Shown here: positions 30,797-39,985 of the stretch, one piece after another | Layout: each line of letters starts with the position of its first letter | Numbering within the stretch: position 1 is the first letter of the stretch | Assembly (NCBI GenBank): GCA_965552055.1 | Contig: CBEVQO010000004.1 | Location: forward strand, 128,001-192,000 | Length of the DNA: 64,000 bases | Reading direction: 5' to 3' | From: an uncultured bacterium | GTDB lineage: Bacteria; Hydrothermota; UBA3073; NMUJ01; CBEVQO01 | Notes under the pieces: generated by a model | The model's database searches: none | What the model saw: the letters and a program-made list of their open reading frames with translations, nothing else | Told to the model about the DNA's origin: nothing | Made by a program: the position numbers and the translations under genes

Positions 30797-31435
30797 TCCC
30801 AGAGATTCGTTTATCAAAACAATAGTGATTCTACCTTTAAAGGGTTGCCTTTCGATGATTAATAAATAATTGCAGATTCTATCAGTTGAATCACAATCCG
30901 TGCATTTACCGAGTGTGACACAAGGAGTATTTTTATTAAGCCTTTTCGCATTTAAAATAGCTGCATAGTTTCTAATTCTTGAAATTGCATCTTCAACAGA
31001 GCCTGCGATTTTGTTGACACCTGCCACTAAAATTACTTTTTTGGGACCGAACATTATGGCTGCAACTCTATTTCCGTAAGCATCGAGGTAAACAAGTTTG
31101 CCGTCCATTGTGATAGCATTTATCCCCGTTATAAAATAGTCAGCTGTCAAACCTTTTTTTCGCATTTCGAATTTTTCTTCTTTTGAGAGATTTTTATCGT
31201 AAGGGTCGAAGAAAGTGTAATTGCCATTTTTAAGTGCATCATAAAGCCCTATCTCCTGCACTGTTAAAGAGCCACCCATACCGACAGTTGAGCCATCGGG
31301 TATCATTTCGAGAATTTTCTTTAATGCTTCTTCTTTGTTGTCACAGAAAATAACTTCATAACCCTTTGCTTTTAATATGGGAATTAATTTTTCTGCACGA
31401 ATCTTCCTCAGCCAGTGTTTTAGCTCGTATCGCAT
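30791..31435 (-). CDS. LUD-domain (lactate utilization LutC-like) protein
   Basis: GGSLT, NAITMDGKLVYLDAYGNRVAA, GPKKV, PCVTLGKCTDC. Confidence 0.85.
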   Translation of the reverse strand: MRYELKHWLRKIRAEKLIPILKAKGYEVIFCDNKEEALKKILEMIPDGSTVGMGGSLTVQEIGLYDALKNGNYTFFDPYDKNLSKEEKFEMRKKGLTADYFITGINAITMDGKLVYLDAYGNRVAAIMFGPKKVILVAGVNKIAGSVEDAISRIRNYAAILNAKRLNKNTPCVTLGKCTDCDSTDRICNYLLIIERQPFKGRITIVLINESLGL

Positions 31436-31440
31436 CTATT

Positions 31441-31467
31441 AATATAATCATTTTGCGGATAAGTCAA
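31441..31467 (-). promoter_or_regulatory. Promoter TTGACT-N15-TATATT, 5 nt before ATG 31435
   Basis: Read on the reverse strand. Confidence 0.7.
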
Positions 31468-31476
31468 TAATTTTTA

Positions 31477-31503
31477 TTGACAAATTTATATTTTGTCGAA
31501 ATT
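31477..31503 (+). promoter_or_regulatory. Promoter TTGACA-N15-GAAATT, 5 nt before GTG 31509
   Basis: Same geometry, weaker -10. Confidence 0.5.
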
Positions 31504-31508
31504 TAAAA

Positions 31509-33797
31509 GTGATAATTTTTTTACTGCAATTAAATTGCGATTCTCTAATAAATTTGCTTACGAAATTAACTTATGAAGAGAGGCAGAATCTATACAGGAG
31601 CATAAATTTTGATAAATCTTTATGTGAATCTTTATTTTTTCGAGCAAAAAATTCTGCATTGATTGGTAAAATTTATAGGGGCTATAAAATTGCGAGTTAT
31701 CTGGATGAGATAAGTGATTTTTTAAATGATAGTTTGTGTAAGGCAAAGGTTTACTGGCTTTATGGCTTTTTGAATTACTGTGAGGGACATTATGCTGATG
31801 CAGTGCCGTATTTTGAAAAGAGCCTTGATATTTTTGGGCAATATCATGATACTCTAAATAAGGGCAGGGCTTTACATGCTCTTGCTGTTACTTTATACTA
31901 TCAGGGCAGATTTAAAGAAGCGATGAAAAATTATAAAAGGGCACTCGGAATTTTTAAAAAATACAGTGTAAATGACGAAATCGAATGCCTTAACAATATC
32001 GGTTTATGTTATTATCAGGAGCAAAAATTTGATAGTGCGTTATTTTATTATCATAAAGCATGTTCTCTTTTGCCTTGCTGTGAAAAAGAAAAAAAGAAAA
32101 GAATTTTGCCTTTGTTATACAATAATATTGGGGTGTTGTATGATAAAATTTACCTGAAAAAACTTGCGAAAAAATACTGGCTAAAAATAATCAAGGAGTC
32201 AAATTTTAAATGGGCTTTAGCCTGTGCTTATGCAAATATTGGGAGGCTTTACCAGGAGCGCTCCGAAGAAGATAGTGCCATTTTATTTCTGTTGAAATCT
32301 CTTGAATATTATAAGAAGATAAGAAACAGGAGGGGCGAAGCACAGGTTTATAATAATCTTTCGCAATGCTATATCAATAGTGACTGGCATAAAGCTTTAT
32401 TTTATGCAAGAAGGGCTTTAAAATTGAATAGTGAAACGGGCGATTATGATAATTATTGTTATTGCCTATTTTTCATTTCAAAGATTTTTTTATCTGCGAA
32501 TTATAGAGATTCTGCTTTGTTTTATATTAATAAGATGCTGAACATGGAGCGTTTTCCCGTTAAATTAAAATGGAGAGTTTTTCTTTTGAAAGGTGACATT
32601 GTTTTTGACTCTTCTTTATTTTATTATAAAAAGGCATTGGAGACACTGGAAGCGAGTATTAAGCATGCCCGGAAGATTGAAGTTAAAGCTGGACTTTATG
32701 AAAATTTATCAAAACCTTATTTTAAAATTGCCGAATTCTTTGCAAAAAGAGGTAAAAAGGATTCGGTTTTAAAGTATCTTGAATTATCTTCACAGAATGT
32801 TTTAAAAGAAGTCACAGGGTATAAGATGGGTGTAAATATTAGAAGATTGAGAGAAAAGTTGAGGACATTACAGATAGCCTTTATAGCCAATTATGAGAAT
32901 GAATTTTTAATCCTGTTTATGAGGAATGATAGTATCCATGTCTTCCTGAAAGATATTCCTGTTGAGAGTTTGAGGTCTGTTAAAGGAAGGATATTTGAAA
33001 GCCTCATAAATGCGGTTAATATGAAGAAGATAGAGATTCCGTATAGGGAGTTGAAATGGCTTTATGATAAGATATTTTCGTGCATAGATAGTTTTATTGA
33101 TACTTCTTCGGTTCTGTTTATAGTTCCTCATTTTGAGTTGCTCGAAATACCTGTAGAATGTTTATGGGATGGTGATAGATTTCTGGGTGAGAGATATAAA
33201 ATTGTTTATTTACCTTCTTTATCTTTGTTGCGTAAGAGCAAAAAGCGATTTGGTAATTTATTGTTGTATGCTTATGGTAAGGAGTTAAGATACACTATTG
33301 CTGAAGTAAATGCTATAAAATCTATATGGGGGACTGCAGTTGTAGATACATCGGGTAAATTTTTGAAGGCTGTATCGGAATATGATATTTTACATCTTGC
33401 GACACATGGGCTTTTCAATGAAGATGATATAATGAATTCTGGTGTGCTTTTAAGCGATGATACACTTTGTCTGAATGAAGTGCTTAAAATGAATTTGAAT
33501 TTATCCCTGTGTGTTTTATCAGCGTGCGAGACATCATTTCTTGTTCGTTATCCTTCTTCTCCCTTTTTTGGACTTGTTTTTGCTTTCATAGCCAGGGGTA
33601 CGGATTTTGTTGTAAGTTCCAACTGGCCTGTAAGAGATGTTATAGCTTACAATTTTATGGTTGCTTTTTATAAGAAATTAAGGGAGACAGGAGATGTAGT
33701 GGATGCAATGAAGTATGCCCGTGTTAGTTTGTTGAATAAATACAAGCATCCTGCTTTCTGGTCTACCTTTATACTGGTGGGATGCGTGAGAAAATAA
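31509..33797 (+). CDS. TPR-CHAT (caspase-like) protease
   Basis: TPR repeats; CHAT motifs LHLATHG, LSACET, WPVRD, HPAFWS. Confidence 0.85.
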   Translation: MIIFLLQLNCDSLINLLTKLTYEERQNLYRSINFDKSLCESLFFRAKNSALIGKIYRGYKIASYLDEISDFLNDSLCKAKVYWLYGFLNYCEGHYADAVPYFEKSLDIFGQYHDTLNKGRALHALAVTLYYQGRFKEAMKNYKRALGIFKKYSVNDEIECLNNIGLCYYQEQKFDSALFYYHKACSLLPCCEKEKKKRILPLLYNNIGVLYDKIYLKKLAKKYWLKIIKESNFKWALACAYANIGRLYQERSEEDSAILFLLKSLEYYKKIRNRRGEAQVYNNLSQCYINSDWHKALFYARRALKLNSETGDYDNYCYCLFFISKIFLSANYRDSALFYINKMLNMERFPVKLKWRVFLLKGDIVFDSSLFYYKKALETLEASIKHARKIEVKAGLYENLSKPYFKIAEFFAKRGKKDSVLKYLELSSQNVLKEVTGYKMGVNIRRLREKLRTLQIAFIANYENEFLILFMRNDSIHVFLKDIPVESLRSVKGRIFESLINAVNMKKIEIPYRELKWLYDKIFSCIDSFIDTSSVLFIVPHFELLEIPVECLWDGDRFLGERYKIVYLPSLSLLRKSKKRFGNLLLYAYGKELRYTIAEVNAIKSIWGTAVVDTSGKFLKAVSEYDILHLATHGLFNEDDIMNSGVLLSDDTLCLNEVLKMNLNLSLCVLSACETSFLVRYPSSPFFGLVFAFIARGTDFVVSSNWPVRDVIAYNFMVAFYKKLRETGDVVDAMKYARVSLLNKYKHPAFWSTFILVGCVRK

Positions 33798-34876
33798 AAA
33801 TATTGATAATAGGACCAACCCCTCCGCCATACTTTGGAACAGCTGTGGCGACACAAAAGATATTACAAAATGAAAAATTAAATAAAAAATTCGATTTATT
33901 GCATCTTGATACATCGGATAGAAGGGGAGTCGAGAATATAGGGAGATGGGATTTGCAAAACATTAAACTTGCCATTTTTCACATTTTAAAATTATTTCTG
34001 TTGCTTCTGAAGAAAAAAGTAAATCTTACATACATCCCGATTGCCCAAAATGTACCCGGTTTTTTGCGAGACGGGATTTTTATTCTTATAAGCAAGCTTT
34101 TTGGCAAAAAAGTAGTTTGTCATCTCAGGGGAAGTTATTTCAGGGATTTTTATGAGAGAACAAATTCCATTATGCGATTTTATATAAAGTTCTGTCTGAA
34201 AAAAGTCGATAGAATGATAGTATTGTGCGAAAGGTTGAAGAAAATTTTTAGTGGTCTCATAGATGATAAGAAAATATCCGTGGTGCCGAATGGTTTACCC
34301 GTTAGGGAATTAATAAGGAGAAAAGGTGAGCATTTTTTATATTTAAGTAATCTTTCTGCAGGTAAGGGGGTATTCTTTGCATTGAATGGCTTAAAAATTC
34401 TGGATAAAGATTTGCACTTTAAGTTTATATTCGCAGGCAACTGGCGTAACTCATATGATAAGAAGAGGGCGATTGAGATTATAAAAAGTTTTAAAAAAAT
34501 CGATGTGCAACTGGTTGGTGCAGTGAAGGGCGAAGAAAAATCGGAATTGATGTCGAAATCCATAGCTCTTATTTTTACTCCTGTTCATAAAGAAGGTATG
34601 CCATGGGTGATAATAGAGGCACTCTCCTATGGTTTACCCATTATTTCGACAGATAGAGGGTGTATCCCAGATATGGTAAAGGATGGTGAAAATGGTTTTA
34701 TAGTGAAGGATGAGAAAGATCTGGCAGAAAAGATAAAGATATTGCTGGAGAATGAAGAATTAAGGGAAAAAATGTGCAGGAAATCGCGAGAGATTTTTTT
34801 AAATTATTACAATGAGGATAAAAGTATGGAGAAGTTTATCGAAGTTTTTCACTTGACTTTTTCATCAAAAGGATAA
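33782..34876 (+). CDS. Glycosyltransferase family 4
   Basis: GPTPPPYFG, EGMPWVIIEALSYGLPII, GENGF. Confidence 0.88.
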   Translation: MREKIKILIIGPTPPPYFGTAVATQKILQNEKLNKKFDLLHLDTSDRRGVENIGRWDLQNIKLAIFHILKLFLLLLKKKVNLTYIPIAQNVPGFLRDGIFILISKLFGKKVVCHLRGSYFRDFYERTNSIMRFYIKFCLKKVDRMIVLCERLKKIFSGLIDDKKISVVPNGLPVRELIRRKGEHFLYLSNLSAGKGVFFALNGLKILDKDLHFKFIFAGNWRNSYDKKRAIEIIKSFKKIDVQLVGAVKGEEKSELMSKSIALIFTPVHKEGMPWVIIEALSYGLPIISTDRGCIPDMVKDGENGFIVKDEKDLAEKIKILLENEELREKMCRKSREIFLNYYNEDKSMEKFIEVFHLTFSSKG

Positions 34877-34879
34877 AAT
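34853..34879 (+). promoter_or_regulatory. Promoter TTGACT-N15-TAAAAT, 6 nt before GTG 34886
   Basis: Read directly. Confidence 0.7.
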
Positions 34880-34885
34880 AATATA

Positions 34886-35635
34886 GTGAAAGTGGCACTG
34901 ATTAGTGATTTTCATGGCAAGGAAGAATATCTGGAGAAATTTATTAATGCTATAAAGTCAGAGAGTCTTGATTTTATCATATTTTGTGGTGATGTGGTTA
35001 AGGGTTTTGTCAGGGGTGACGAGTGGCTCAGTGCCCGTTCAGATGGCAGGTGTCCTGATAAGAATAAAAAAGAAATATGGGATTCTTTTTCGGAAGATAA
35101 ATATTTTTATGATAAATTTTTCGGTGAATTAGACAAACTTGGTTTGCAGGTACTTGTGGTGCATGGAAACATGGATGCTCCTGTTAAATATTTTGAAGAA
35201 GCAGTTGATAAATATCCCAACATTTATAATTTGCATTGTGCTGTTTATGGTTGGAAAGATTGGGTATTTTTTGGATTCGGGGGAGAGATTACCGAGTCGG
35301 AATACGAAGATTTTTTCGTCAATGTGTATCCGAGAAAGATGATAGAGAAAGCTTTTTTGAAGATGAAAGATGTTAGATTAAAAAAAATATTCGTTACGCA
35401 TACTCCTCCTGTATCAAGAGCAGGTACAGAACCTCAGGGGTATAAAGGATGCGAGATTATAAATGAGATTATTCTGAACTATAAACCTGTTTTTCATTTC
35501 TGTGGTCATGCTCATAAAGCCCGTGGACAGGATAAAATAGGAGAAACAGTTGTGGTGAACCCTGGACCCCTGAAATACGGATATTATGCGATTTGCGATG
35601 TTGAAAAGAAGGAGGTAAAATTTTTGACTCTTTAA
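34886..35635 (+). CDS. Metallophosphoesterase (calcineurin-like)
   Basis: SDFHG, GD, GNMD, HTPP, GHAH, NPG. Confidence 0.88.
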   Translation: MKVALISDFHGKEEYLEKFINAIKSESLDFIIFCGDVVKGFVRGDEWLSARSDGRCPDKNKKEIWDSFSEDKYFYDKFFGELDKLGLQVLVVHGNMDAPVKYFEEAVDKYPNIYNLHCAVYGWKDWVFFGFGGEITESEYEDFFVNVYPRKMIEKAFLKMKDVRLKKIFVTHTPPVSRAGTEPQGYKGCEIINEIILNYKPVFHFCGHAHKARGQDKIGETVVVNPGPLKYGYYAICDVEKKEVKFLTL

Positions 35636-35651
35636 ACACATTTGCTAAAAT
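35624..35651 (+). promoter_or_regulatory. Promoter TTGACT-N16-TAAAAT
   Basis: 4 nt before TTG 35656. Confidence 0.5.
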
Positions 35652-35655
35652 ATTA

Positions 35656-35850
35656 TTGCTTTTTGGTATCTTTTTGATTTTTACTTCTGGTATTCTATTT
35701 TTGCTTGGTAAAACAGGTGTTAACTTTCCGCGTTTACCGGGTGATATTTACATAAAGCGTGAAAATTTTGTTTTTTATTTTCCCATTGTTAGTTGTGTTA
35801 TTTTGTCTTTACTTTTGACTCTTATTTTAAATCTTTTGTGCAGGAGATGA
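35656..35850 (+). CDS. DUF2905 family small membrane protein
   Basis: RLPGDIYIKRENFVFYFPIVSC. Confidence 0.85.
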   Translation: MLFGIFLIFTSGILFLLGKTGVNFPRLPGDIYIKRENFVFYFPIVSCVILSLLLTLILNLLCRR

Positions 35851-36902
35851 TACCTGAGAGTTTATTTTTTATAGTGTCGAAATATTTTGAAGTCGAAAGT
35901 GTTCATTACTCTGGAGAAAGGCTTTCTTTCTTTGGGCGACCGATCGGTGACCCTGATGAATCTTTTGATAATATTTATCGTGAGATAAGAAAGTTTGATT
36001 TCATTCCTGCTTTTTTCAAAAAAGATGGACATATAGAATTGAGGATTGTAAAATTTTCGCCCGTTAAAGCGGGTAATCACAATGTGAATCTCATATTGCT
36101 TTTTCTTACTGTTATCACAACAGTGCTTGCCGGTGTTATGCTTTCTGGCAAAAGTCCGTTAATCATAAAGAACTGGATTTATGGTATTCCTTATTCAATA
36201 GCGATAATGACAATACTTGGAGCACATGAGCTCGGGCATTATTTTGCCTGCAAAAAATATGGTGTAAGGGCAACTCTTCCTTATTTTATTCCTGTGCCTA
36301 CTTTTGTAGGGACATTTGGTGCAATAATAAGGATAAAATCGCCGATTCCAAATAGGAGAAGCTTAATGGTGATAGGAGCCAGCGGACCTTTTATTGGTTT
36401 ATTCTTTGCAATACTTTTTACAATAATAGGTTTAAAACTGTCGAAAGTGGTTCCGCGTACAGGGGCAGGGTTATCGCTTGGTAGTTCTTTACTTTTTTCT
36501 TTTTTATCGAAAATGGTTTATCCTGATGTTCCCGCGGGCATGACGATAGCTTTAAATCCACTTGCTTTCGCTGGCTGGCTCGGTATGTTTGTCACCGCTA
36601 TGAATCTATTGCCTGTTGGTCAGCTAGATGGCGGACATATTGCTTATTCTTTATTCGGGGAAAAACAAAGATATTTCTCTTTACCTGTTATAGCTTTATT
36701 GATTTATTTTGGGATAAAATACTGGGTGGGATGGTTTTTATGGGCACTTTTGCTTGCATTTCTCGCAGGGGTAAGACATCCCCCAACTTTAAATGACCTC
36801 AGCAAACTAAAACCGGCTCACAGGATAATGGGAATAGCTGGATTTATCGTGCTTATTGTAACATTTATTCCTTCGCCATTTCCTGGTGTGAAACTGGGAT
36901 GA
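35847..36902 (+). CDS. Site-2 protease (M50) family
   Basis: HELGH, GTFGA, NLLPVGQLDGGH; ATGA overlap. Confidence 0.92.
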   Translation: MIPESLFFIVSKYFEVESVHYSGERLSFFGRPIGDPDESFDNIYREIRKFDFIPAFFKKDGHIELRIVKFSPVKAGNHNVNLILLFLTVITTVLAGVMLSGKSPLIIKNWIYGIPYSIAIMTILGAHELGHYFACKKYGVRATLPYFIPVPTFVGTFGAIIRIKSPIPNRRSLMVIGASGPFIGLFFAILFTIIGLKLSKVVPRTGAGLSLGSSLLFSFLSKMVYPDVPAGMTIALNPLAFAGWLGMFVTAMNLLPVGQLDGGHIAYSLFGEKQRYFSLPVIALLIYFGIKYWVGWFLWALLLAFLAGVRHPPTLNDLSKLKPAHRIMGIAGFIVLIVTFIPSPFPGVKLG

Positions 36903-37783
36903 ATGTTGTATCGAAAACAGATTTAAAAGATGTGAAGTTAATAAAAAGGGGCAAGGTAAGGGATATATACGAAGTGGATGATAAGCTGTTAATAGTTTCT
37001 ACCGATAGAATATCTGCTTTCGATATTGTGCTACCCAATGCTATTCCTATGAAAGGTAAAATTTTGAATAAGATGTGTGAATTCTGGTTTAAATTTACAT
37101 GTGATATTTGCGATAATCATTTTATAACTGCGGATGTTGAAGATTTTCCCGATATTTTGAAAAAATATTCATTAATTTTGAAAGATAGGGCAATGTTATG
37201 TTTGCGTGCAGAACCTATCATGGTTGAATGCATTGTCAGGGGTTATTTATCTGGCAGTGCCTGGAAAGAATATAAGAAAAAAGGGACGATATGGGGGACA
37301 AGGTATCCCGATGGCTTAAAGGAGTCGCAGAAATTGGATGAGCCAATATTTACTCCAACTACAAAAGCATTGGAAGGGCATGATGAACCCATAACTTTTA
37401 AAAAATTAAAAGATAAATATGGTACGGAGATTGCGAATTTTCTAAAAGATAAGAGCATAGAAATTTATTTGAAAGGAGCAAAATATGCAGAGGATAGAGA
37501 TATTATAATAGCGGATGCAAAATTTGAATTTGGTTTTTATGATGATAGGATAATTTTAATAGATGAGATTTTGACACCCGATTCTTCGAGATTCTGGGAT
37601 GCAAAGGAATATTCGCCCGGGTTACCTCAAAAGAGTTTTGATAAGCAATTTGTCAGGGATTATCTCGAAAGTATAGGCTGGAATAAGAAGCCCCCGCCCC
37701 CACCCCTCCCCCCCGAAATTATCAAAAAGACAACAGAAAAATATAAGGAAGCATACAAAAGATTAGTGGGAGAGGAGATATGA
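36899..37783 (+). CDS. purC: SAICAR synthase
   Basis: GKVRDIY, DRISAFD, ECIVRGY, DEILTPDSSRFW, DKQFVRD. Confidence 0.96.
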   Translation: MNVVSKTDLKDVKLIKRGKVRDIYEVDDKLLIVSTDRISAFDIVLPNAIPMKGKILNKMCEFWFKFTCDICDNHFITADVEDFPDILKKYSLILKDRAMLCLRAEPIMVECIVRGYLSGSAWKEYKKKGTIWGTRYPDGLKESQKLDEPIFTPTTKALEGHDEPITFKKLKDKYGTEIANFLKDKSIEIYLKGAKYAEDRDIIIADAKFEFGFYDDRIILIDEILTPDSSRFWDAKEYSPGLPQKSFDKQFVRDYLESIGWNKKPPPPPLPPEIIKKTTEKYKEAYKRLVGEEI

Positions 37784-38823
37784 ATAAACTTTTATCTGCT
37801 ATTGAAGCAGCCAAAATCCTACAAATAACAGTTAAGGAATTACATGAGTTAACGAAGTCAGGTGAAATAAAGAGCATCATTATTCCCAGTGGACAATACA
37901 AATTCGATTACGAAGAGATTTTGAGATTTAAGAAAACCGATTTATATCAAAAACTTAAAAAAAGAGGCAAAAAAGCACTGGAAGATAAGATAAAATTAAT
38001 AGAAGTTAATAACACCACTCAAAAAATAATTGTGGGCGATGCACGCAAAATGGAAGAAATAGAAAATGGTTCTATAAATCTTGTAATAACTTCGCCTCCA
38101 TATTTTAACGCTAAATTGTATTCTGAGACGAAAATCGAAGGAGATTTAGGTGCAATTGAAGATTTAGATAAATGGTTAGAAGAAATTGAAAAAGTGTGGC
38201 GTGAAGTTTATCGGGTTTTACAACCCGGCAGGAAAGCATTTATTAATATTATGAATTTACCTGTTCGCACAAAGCGGGGATTTAAAACTTTGAATTTATG
38301 TGGTAAAACAATAGATATTTTTGAAAAAATAGGGTTTATATTTAAAAGAGACATTGTGTGGCACAAAACAAACTCAGTCCGTGCACATTTCGGTACTTTT
38401 CCCTATCCCGGTAATATTTTAATAAACTATGCACATGAATTCATACTGGAGTTTGAGAAACCTGCTCCTAAAAATTATGATAAATATGCTCATTTAACTG
38501 AATATCAAAAAGAGGCATCGAAGTTAGAAAAAGAATTTTGGATTGAGATTAAGAAGACAGATGTATGGACTATGAAACCCGAAGGTTCGGGTGATAGGCG
38601 TGAACATGTTGCACCTTTTCCTTATGAGTTGCCTTATAGATTGATAAAAGCTTACAGTTACATTGGTGAAGTCGTTTTAGATCCTTTTGTAGGTTCAGGA
38701 ACCACTTTAATTGCAGCTAGAGATTTAATGAGAAATGGTATAGGATATGAAATAAATCCTGAAATTGCAGCTGTAGCAGTTGAAAGGATAAAAAATTACC
38801 AGTATAAATTGTTTAAAAAATGA
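37780..38823 (+). CDS. N4-C/N6-A DNA methyltransferase (beta-type order) with N-terminal excisionase-like HTH
   Basis: LLSAIEAAKILQI HTH; TSPPY precedes DPFVGSGTT. Confidence 0.88.
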   Translation: MNKLLSAIEAAKILQITVKELHELTKSGEIKSIIIPSGQYKFDYEEILRFKKTDLYQKLKKRGKKALEDKIKLIEVNNTTQKIIVGDARKMEEIENGSINLVITSPPYFNAKLYSETKIEGDLGAIEDLDKWLEEIEKVWREVYRVLQPGRKAFINIMNLPVRTKRGFKTLNLCGKTIDIFEKIGFIFKRDIVWHKTNSVRAHFGTFPYPGNILINYAHEFILEFEKPAPKNYDKYAHLTEYQKEASKLEKEFWIEIKKTDVWTMKPEGSGDRREHVAPFPYELPYRLIKAYSYIGEVVLDPFVGSGTTLIAARDLMRNGIGYEINPEIAAVAVERIKNYQYKLFKK

Positions 38824-39476
38824 ATGTATTATGCCAAATAAATGACTTTAAAAAAGCAATTAATGAAATAATAGAACTTTTAGATTGTGAAAAGTTAAAT
38901 TTGGAAAGAGGCGTAGAATTTACTGATGAGATAAAAGAAATAAAATCTTTTTTTGTTTTCTTAAAAAATATATCTAAAAAAGCAAATTCTTATGAAGAGC
39001 TCATAAAAATTCTTAATGAAAGTAAAGAAATTGATAAAAGATTTTTAGGTTTTTTAGGAAAAATTTTAGATATTATTCAAGTTTTAAAAGAAGGAAGCGA
39101 ACGAAACAGGAAAATAAGGTCGGAGATAATTAAGAATTTAGAAGAAACAGGGCACTGGAGAGAAAGTATGAGAATAAGAATAGAAAGATATCATAAAGAA
39201 TTAATCGAAGCAATTGTTATTTACAATATTTTGGAAATAGCTTATTTTATCGGGGAGAAAAAAGAAAGCAGGTTAGGCAAACCGCTACAAAAAAAATTTG
39301 AAGAATATGAAGATTGTTTAATATTTATACCACATGTAAAAGAAAATGTTAAACAGATAAATGAAAAAGATGAAATTATCATTCCTCAGGAGGTTTTAAA
39401 AACAAAGATAAAGTTTGAGGATTTTGAGAATTTGCCGGCAGATGATTTAATCAAATTAGTGGGAGAGGAGATATGA
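38820..39476 (+). CDS. Hypothetical protein, possible partner of the methyltransferase
   Basis: ATGA-coupled to the MTase; very AT-rich; no recognised motif. Confidence 0.5.
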   Translation: MNVLCQINDFKKAINEIIELLDCEKLNLERGVEFTDEIKEIKSFFVFLKNISKKANSYEELIKILNESKEIDKRFLGFLGKILDIIQVLKEGSERNRKIRSEIIKNLEETGHWRESMRIRIERYHKELIEAIVIYNILEIAYFIGEKKESRLGKPLQKKFEEYEDCLIFIPHVKENVKQINEKDEIIIPQEVLKTKIKFEDFENLPADDLIKLVGEEI

Positions 39477-39985
39477 AAGAATATAAATTATCGGATGAGT
39501 TTTTGTCAACGGGTGTTCCTACTGCTGGGGACCTGAAGTATGTGTTACCGCCTGATGAGCGCCTTGAGAGGGGTCCCTGTGTCGTGGTTGAGTGCTTTCA
39601 GCGTATCCCGTGCAATCCCTGTACCAGAGCGTGTCCTTCAGGAGCTATAAAAATAGAAGGAAATATCAATAATTTACCCGAGGTGGATTTTGATAAATGC
39701 ACAGGATGCGGTGTGTGTATCGCTCATTGTCCCGGATTATGTATTTTTGTTGTACATAAAAATTATACAGAAAAAACAGGAAGAGTGATGATACCCTATG
39801 AATTTTTACCTGTTCCGGAAAAGGGTGAAATCGTTGATGGTTTGAATCGTGCAGGCGAAAAAGTTTGTGATGCAAAAGTTTTAAGAGTGATAAATAATCC
39901 AAAGCAAGACAAAACTTTAATAATAGATGTGGAAGTGCCGAAAAATTTAATAAATGAAGTAAGGATGATAAAAGTGAGAAGATGA
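39473..39985 (+). CDS. 4Fe-4S dicluster protein
   Basis: [16 protein letters not shown] and [13 protein letters not shown]. Confidence 0.85.
   Translation: MKEYKLSDEFLSTGVPTAGDLKYVLPPDERLERGPCVVVECFQRIPCNPCTRACPSGAIKIEGNINNLPEVDFDKCTGCGVCIAHCPGLCIFVVHKNYTEKTGRVMIPYEFLPVPEKGEIVDGLNRAGEKVCDAKVLRVINNPKQDKTLIIDVEVPKNLINEVRMIKVRR

Larger units (their letters stand above)
37762..39477 (+). mobile_element. Methyltransferase cassette flanked by 23-bp direct repeats
   Basis: ATTAGTGGGAGAGGAGATATGAA at 37762-37784 and 39455-39477. Confidence 0.65.

Noticed and set aside
37690..37715. C-rich tract (possible G-quadruplex or slippage site)
   Set aside because: It encodes the normal Pro-rich C-terminal segment of PurC and the frame is intact.
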